This document shows positions 58,976 through 64,000 of a stretch of 64,000 bases of DNA, one piece after another. Every line of letters starts with the position of its first letter. The stretch's first letter is position 1. A program made the position numbers and the translations under genes. Source of the DNA: the human T2T-CHM13v2.0 reference genome, Homo sapiens; NCBI RefSeq assembly GCF_009914755.1, contig NC_060935.1. One strand, written 5' to 3'. The notes beneath the pieces are model-generated. The model was not told the DNA's origin and searched no databases. It saw only the letters and a program-made list of their open reading frames with translations.

Positions 58976-59320
58976 TATATTTTTTTAAAGAAAAAGGAAC
59001 AGAGTCTAAGGGAACTGTGGGACACCATCGAGCATACCAAGAAGCATCCCAGGAGGAGAGAAGAGAGAAAAAGAGGCAAAAAAGCTATTTGAAGAAATCA
59101 TGGCTAAAATGGCTTGAATTTGATGAAATACATGTATCTATATATCCAAGAAATTCAACAAACTCTAAGTAGAATAAACTCAAAGACATCTACACTGAGG
59201 CACAATGATAATTAAACTGTCAAGAAAAAAAAGACTAAGACAATTTTGAAAGTGGCAGGAGAGAAACATCTCGTCATATACAAGCAATCATCAATAAGTT
59301 TAACAGCTCATTTCTCATCA

Positions 59321-59760
<440 letters not shown>

Positions 59761-60635
59761 CTAAAATGAAATTAAGACATTCTCAGATAAAAACTGAGAA
59801 AGTTTATTGCTAGCAGTCCTGCCCTACAAGAAATGCTAAAAGCAGTCTTTCAGGATGAAATGAACAGACATTACACAGTAATTCAAAACAATATGAAGAA
59901 ATAACACCAGTAAAGGTAACAACATAAGTGAATATTAATATAGAAACCAGGGTTATTGTATTTTTGGTTTGTAACTCATCTTTCTTTTCCTATATTATTT
60001 AAAATATAAGTGCAAAAAACACTAATTATAAATTTCTGCTAATTGGCACACAATGTATAAAGACGAAACTGTTAACAACAGCAATGTAAAGAGGGAGGGC
60101 AGCTATACAGGAGCAGAGATTTCTATGCTGTTGAAGTTAGTTGCTATCAACTCAAAGAAATTTAGGATGTTAATTATAATCTCCAGGGTAACCACTAAGA
60201 AAATAACTAAGAAACATACAGAAAAGGAAATGAGGTGGGAATCAAAATGGCACACAAGAAAAAAACAAGAAAATAATCTAGAGGTCCTCTGGCTCATTTT
60301 GCCAACAGGTGCAAGAATTGGCTTTCAGTGGAATATGATACATAGCCTGTGGGCAAAATGAGACTCCTCTGAACAGAAATTCAGCCCACATAAGATTTTT
60401 AGCAAAAATATAATATAAATAAACATGAAGCATTATCTAGGTAATAAGCATGACCTAGCAGTTCAACATGTTCTGAGAACCTGCCTACAGTTGCTCCTGT
60501 GAAATTGAGGCCTGGTGCTACATAGCAAGCCAAAATTTTTCTAAGTCTGCTTGGCAGAAGTCTCATGCCATGACGTTAATGGGTATAACACACAAAAGTG
60601 CTGCTGTAGCCAAATATGTTTGAAATGCTGGGTTA

Positions 60636-60967
<332 letters not shown>

Positions 60968-61409
60968 GTCTTTACTGCAGTACTTATTGGAATCTGTAAC
61001 ACATTGTGCATGTACACTTTGAGTCCTCAGGAGGTAGTGATAACACGAATGTTTCCCAAACATTTTCATCGTGGAAAGAATCTGTTATTTTTGAGACTGG
61101 AACTTCAGGGAACATTCTTTAGAGAATGGTGCATAGCAAAGTTAAGCAAAAAAATAGAGGTATTCTAAACCCCCGTTTCTTCATGACCATAGTTGGGGTG
61201 GTGGCATTTAGGGTTGCTGTGTGATAACCTGAGTGACACACTTGGCCCAGTGGCTGCCACATGGCAGGTGTTTAAACTTTGCAGAGTTTATTAGACTTAA
61301 TTGCCTATGAAACACTCAATAGACTTTTATTTTCTGTTTAATATAGAATAGGGGGAACACAGACTTGAAGCCAGATAGATTGGGCCTCAAATTCTTGTTT
61401 CATTGCTCG

Positions 61410-61740
61410 CCACCGATTACAGACTTTAACAAGAGTTACAAAATACCTTCCTAGCAACACCTAGATTACCATTTTGTTGAGAATAGGGGGCAATAGCCTA
61501 GATAATTTCATACATAACGACCACATGAATCCACCCTTTGACAACCTGGCACCCATACACATCTTCTTAAGCCATATTTAATATCCAAATAAAGACAACA
61601 AAGTGATACTTCCCCCTAACATGACACAGCTATCCTGTGTGCAAACAGAAACATGCTAATCCTTTCCCCAGAACAGAATGCAGATTCTTGGGTGATATTC
61701 ACTCTTTTCCTTTCATATCTTGTAGCTTAAATACAAAGAG
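61410..61740 (-). mobile_element. ERVL internal 3' end joined to MLT2D-like LTR start
   Basis: Minus strand GGGTGCCAGGTTGTCAAAGGGTGGA (PPT region) followed by TGTGGTCGTTATGTA...AATCTAGGTGTTGCTAGGAAGGTATTTTGTA. Confidence 0.7.
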
Positions 61741-61741
61741 T

Positions 61742-62386
<645 letters not shown>

Positions 62387-64000
62387 AGTTAACTATTACT
62401 AATATATCTTCTGTTCTGTGAAAGAGGTAAGACTGAACAACTTATTTAACTTCTCTGAGGTGATCTTTAAAATGGGTTTAAAACACCTACACAGGATTGT
62501 TTGCTCATTCCTTCATTCAGCAGTCATTCATACCAATCAATGTCAACTGTGTTGTATACACAAAGACATTCATATATGATACAATCTTTGCCCTTGATTA
62601 GCAGACAGACAGTGAGATGAGATGTCTCAAGAATTTGATACGGGACCTGGAACAGAGCCAGTGCTTGAGAAATCTTAGTTGCCTTCCCCTTATTCATGGA
62701 ATGGGTAAGGCACAGCTCTGAGAACAACCATCCTCATATCCTAGGTTTCTTCACTTCACCCAAAGAGACCATTTATCCTTCAGTAGAAATAATCCCAGAA
62801 CACTTCCTCCAGATTCAAAGAAAACACCATGCCAAGGGATTTGGCAGATAAAGGAGGAGATAAAGGCTTTCCACATTTCTATGAATGAATGCAATGCTTT
62901 GTCTTTAAGGAAAATACAGCAAGAGGCCTCAATGTTTCCTCTTAAGCCCCAGTTTGCATGGCAACCAGACATTCCACACACTTTGATCATAAAACGGAAG
63001 CATCAACTCAAATGTGAAAAGACACTTAGCAACTTAAAATCTATTATAGTTTCATAAATTGGAGTCTTTGAATATTCCCAACTATTAACATTTTTCAGAG
63101 ATTTAAGTCTTAAATAAACTTAAAGCAATTCAAGAGCTTCACATAATGGTACATCTCACTGGTCTATAATAAAGGTATCTGAAGAATCACAAAATTTACT
63201 TTTCTAGAAATGGCAACTGCTTAATGATTGTATTGCAAGGCAATTTACCCACAGCCTCCTGGAAAATTGATTTTCCTCTCTCTGTCTTTTCATTTGTAAG
63301 CACAAGGGCATAAAGAGCCAAATATTTGCCACCTTGAAACTATATACTTTCCATTATTTTCTGTCTATAAAAACTATAAAATACATTGCGGACCTTCCAG
63401 CTCTTCTGCGAGATTTCTCAGATATTTTCAATGTAAGACAAAGACTAAAACAAATCCAAAAAGATGCATATTTGTTTTCTCTAGGCTATGAAGTATAACC
63501 CAACTGATTCCGTTCTTCAAACTTGAAATTGTGTACTTGACTAAGAAAAAAACAAAAAACAATTCACCAACTGCATTTGCCAAGCCTCATGGTTTATAGA
63601 GCTGTGGGGAGTCAGGAAGATGAGCCCAGCAAGACACAGGACATCTAGTGATAAGAGAGGTGAATAAAGAGAAGAAAAACAATCATTTTCTACAAAGTAG
63701 AAATTGAAACGCCTGCAAATCACATATGTACATGACAATCTAAATATGACCATACACAGAAACTCAGATTTCCAAGAATTTTTCCTGGTATGCTTCTTGG
63801 CAAAAATGAATCATAGGAGAAATCTTTTTTTTTTTTAACCAAAAAACAATCCCTTGTTCATTTAACAAATACCTACTGAGTGCCTATCATGTACCCAGAA
63901 CTGTGGTTATAGGTGTAAGACTGACAGACACAGTCTCTACTGGTCTAGGAGCTTACAGCCGCCCAGTGGGGAACACATGAGTCAGCAGGCATCTCTGGAA

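Overview
Primate genomic DNA, most likely human or another African great ape because it carries an L1PA2-type element. It is intergenic or deep intronic: no host protein-coding exon, RNA gene or CRISPR array can be supported, and almost every long ORF in the track is LINE-1 ORF1/ORF2 or Alu-derived. Most of the window is layered transposable elements (L1PA, L1PB, L1MA/MB/M, Alu, MaLR/ERVL LTRs, Tigger3, MADE1, hAT MERs, MIR, L2). The main unexplained structure is at 1-21 kb. (i) Bases 1-1943 recur about 99.7% identically 5633 bp downstream. They share private disabling mutations and a young/old subfamily mosaic, which suggests an L1-in-L1 insertion that became a 5.63-kb tandem unit (promoter + intact ORF1 + dead ORF2, no 3'UTR). 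(ii) The same L1PA2 shares patchy private variants with an oppositely oriented L1PA5/6 that starts 9.5 kb away, the footprint expected from gene conversion or a recurrently inverting segment of about 14 kb. Smaller signals: a TSD-flanked non-TE insert with a polyA signal (orphan transduction or retrocopy, 56.7 kb), two template-switch/fold-back scars (19.8 kb, 39.1 kb), an ORF0 allele with a perfect splice donor, and several local duplications. Repeat subfamily names come from recalled consensus features, not from a database search, and boundaries of old repeats are approximate.
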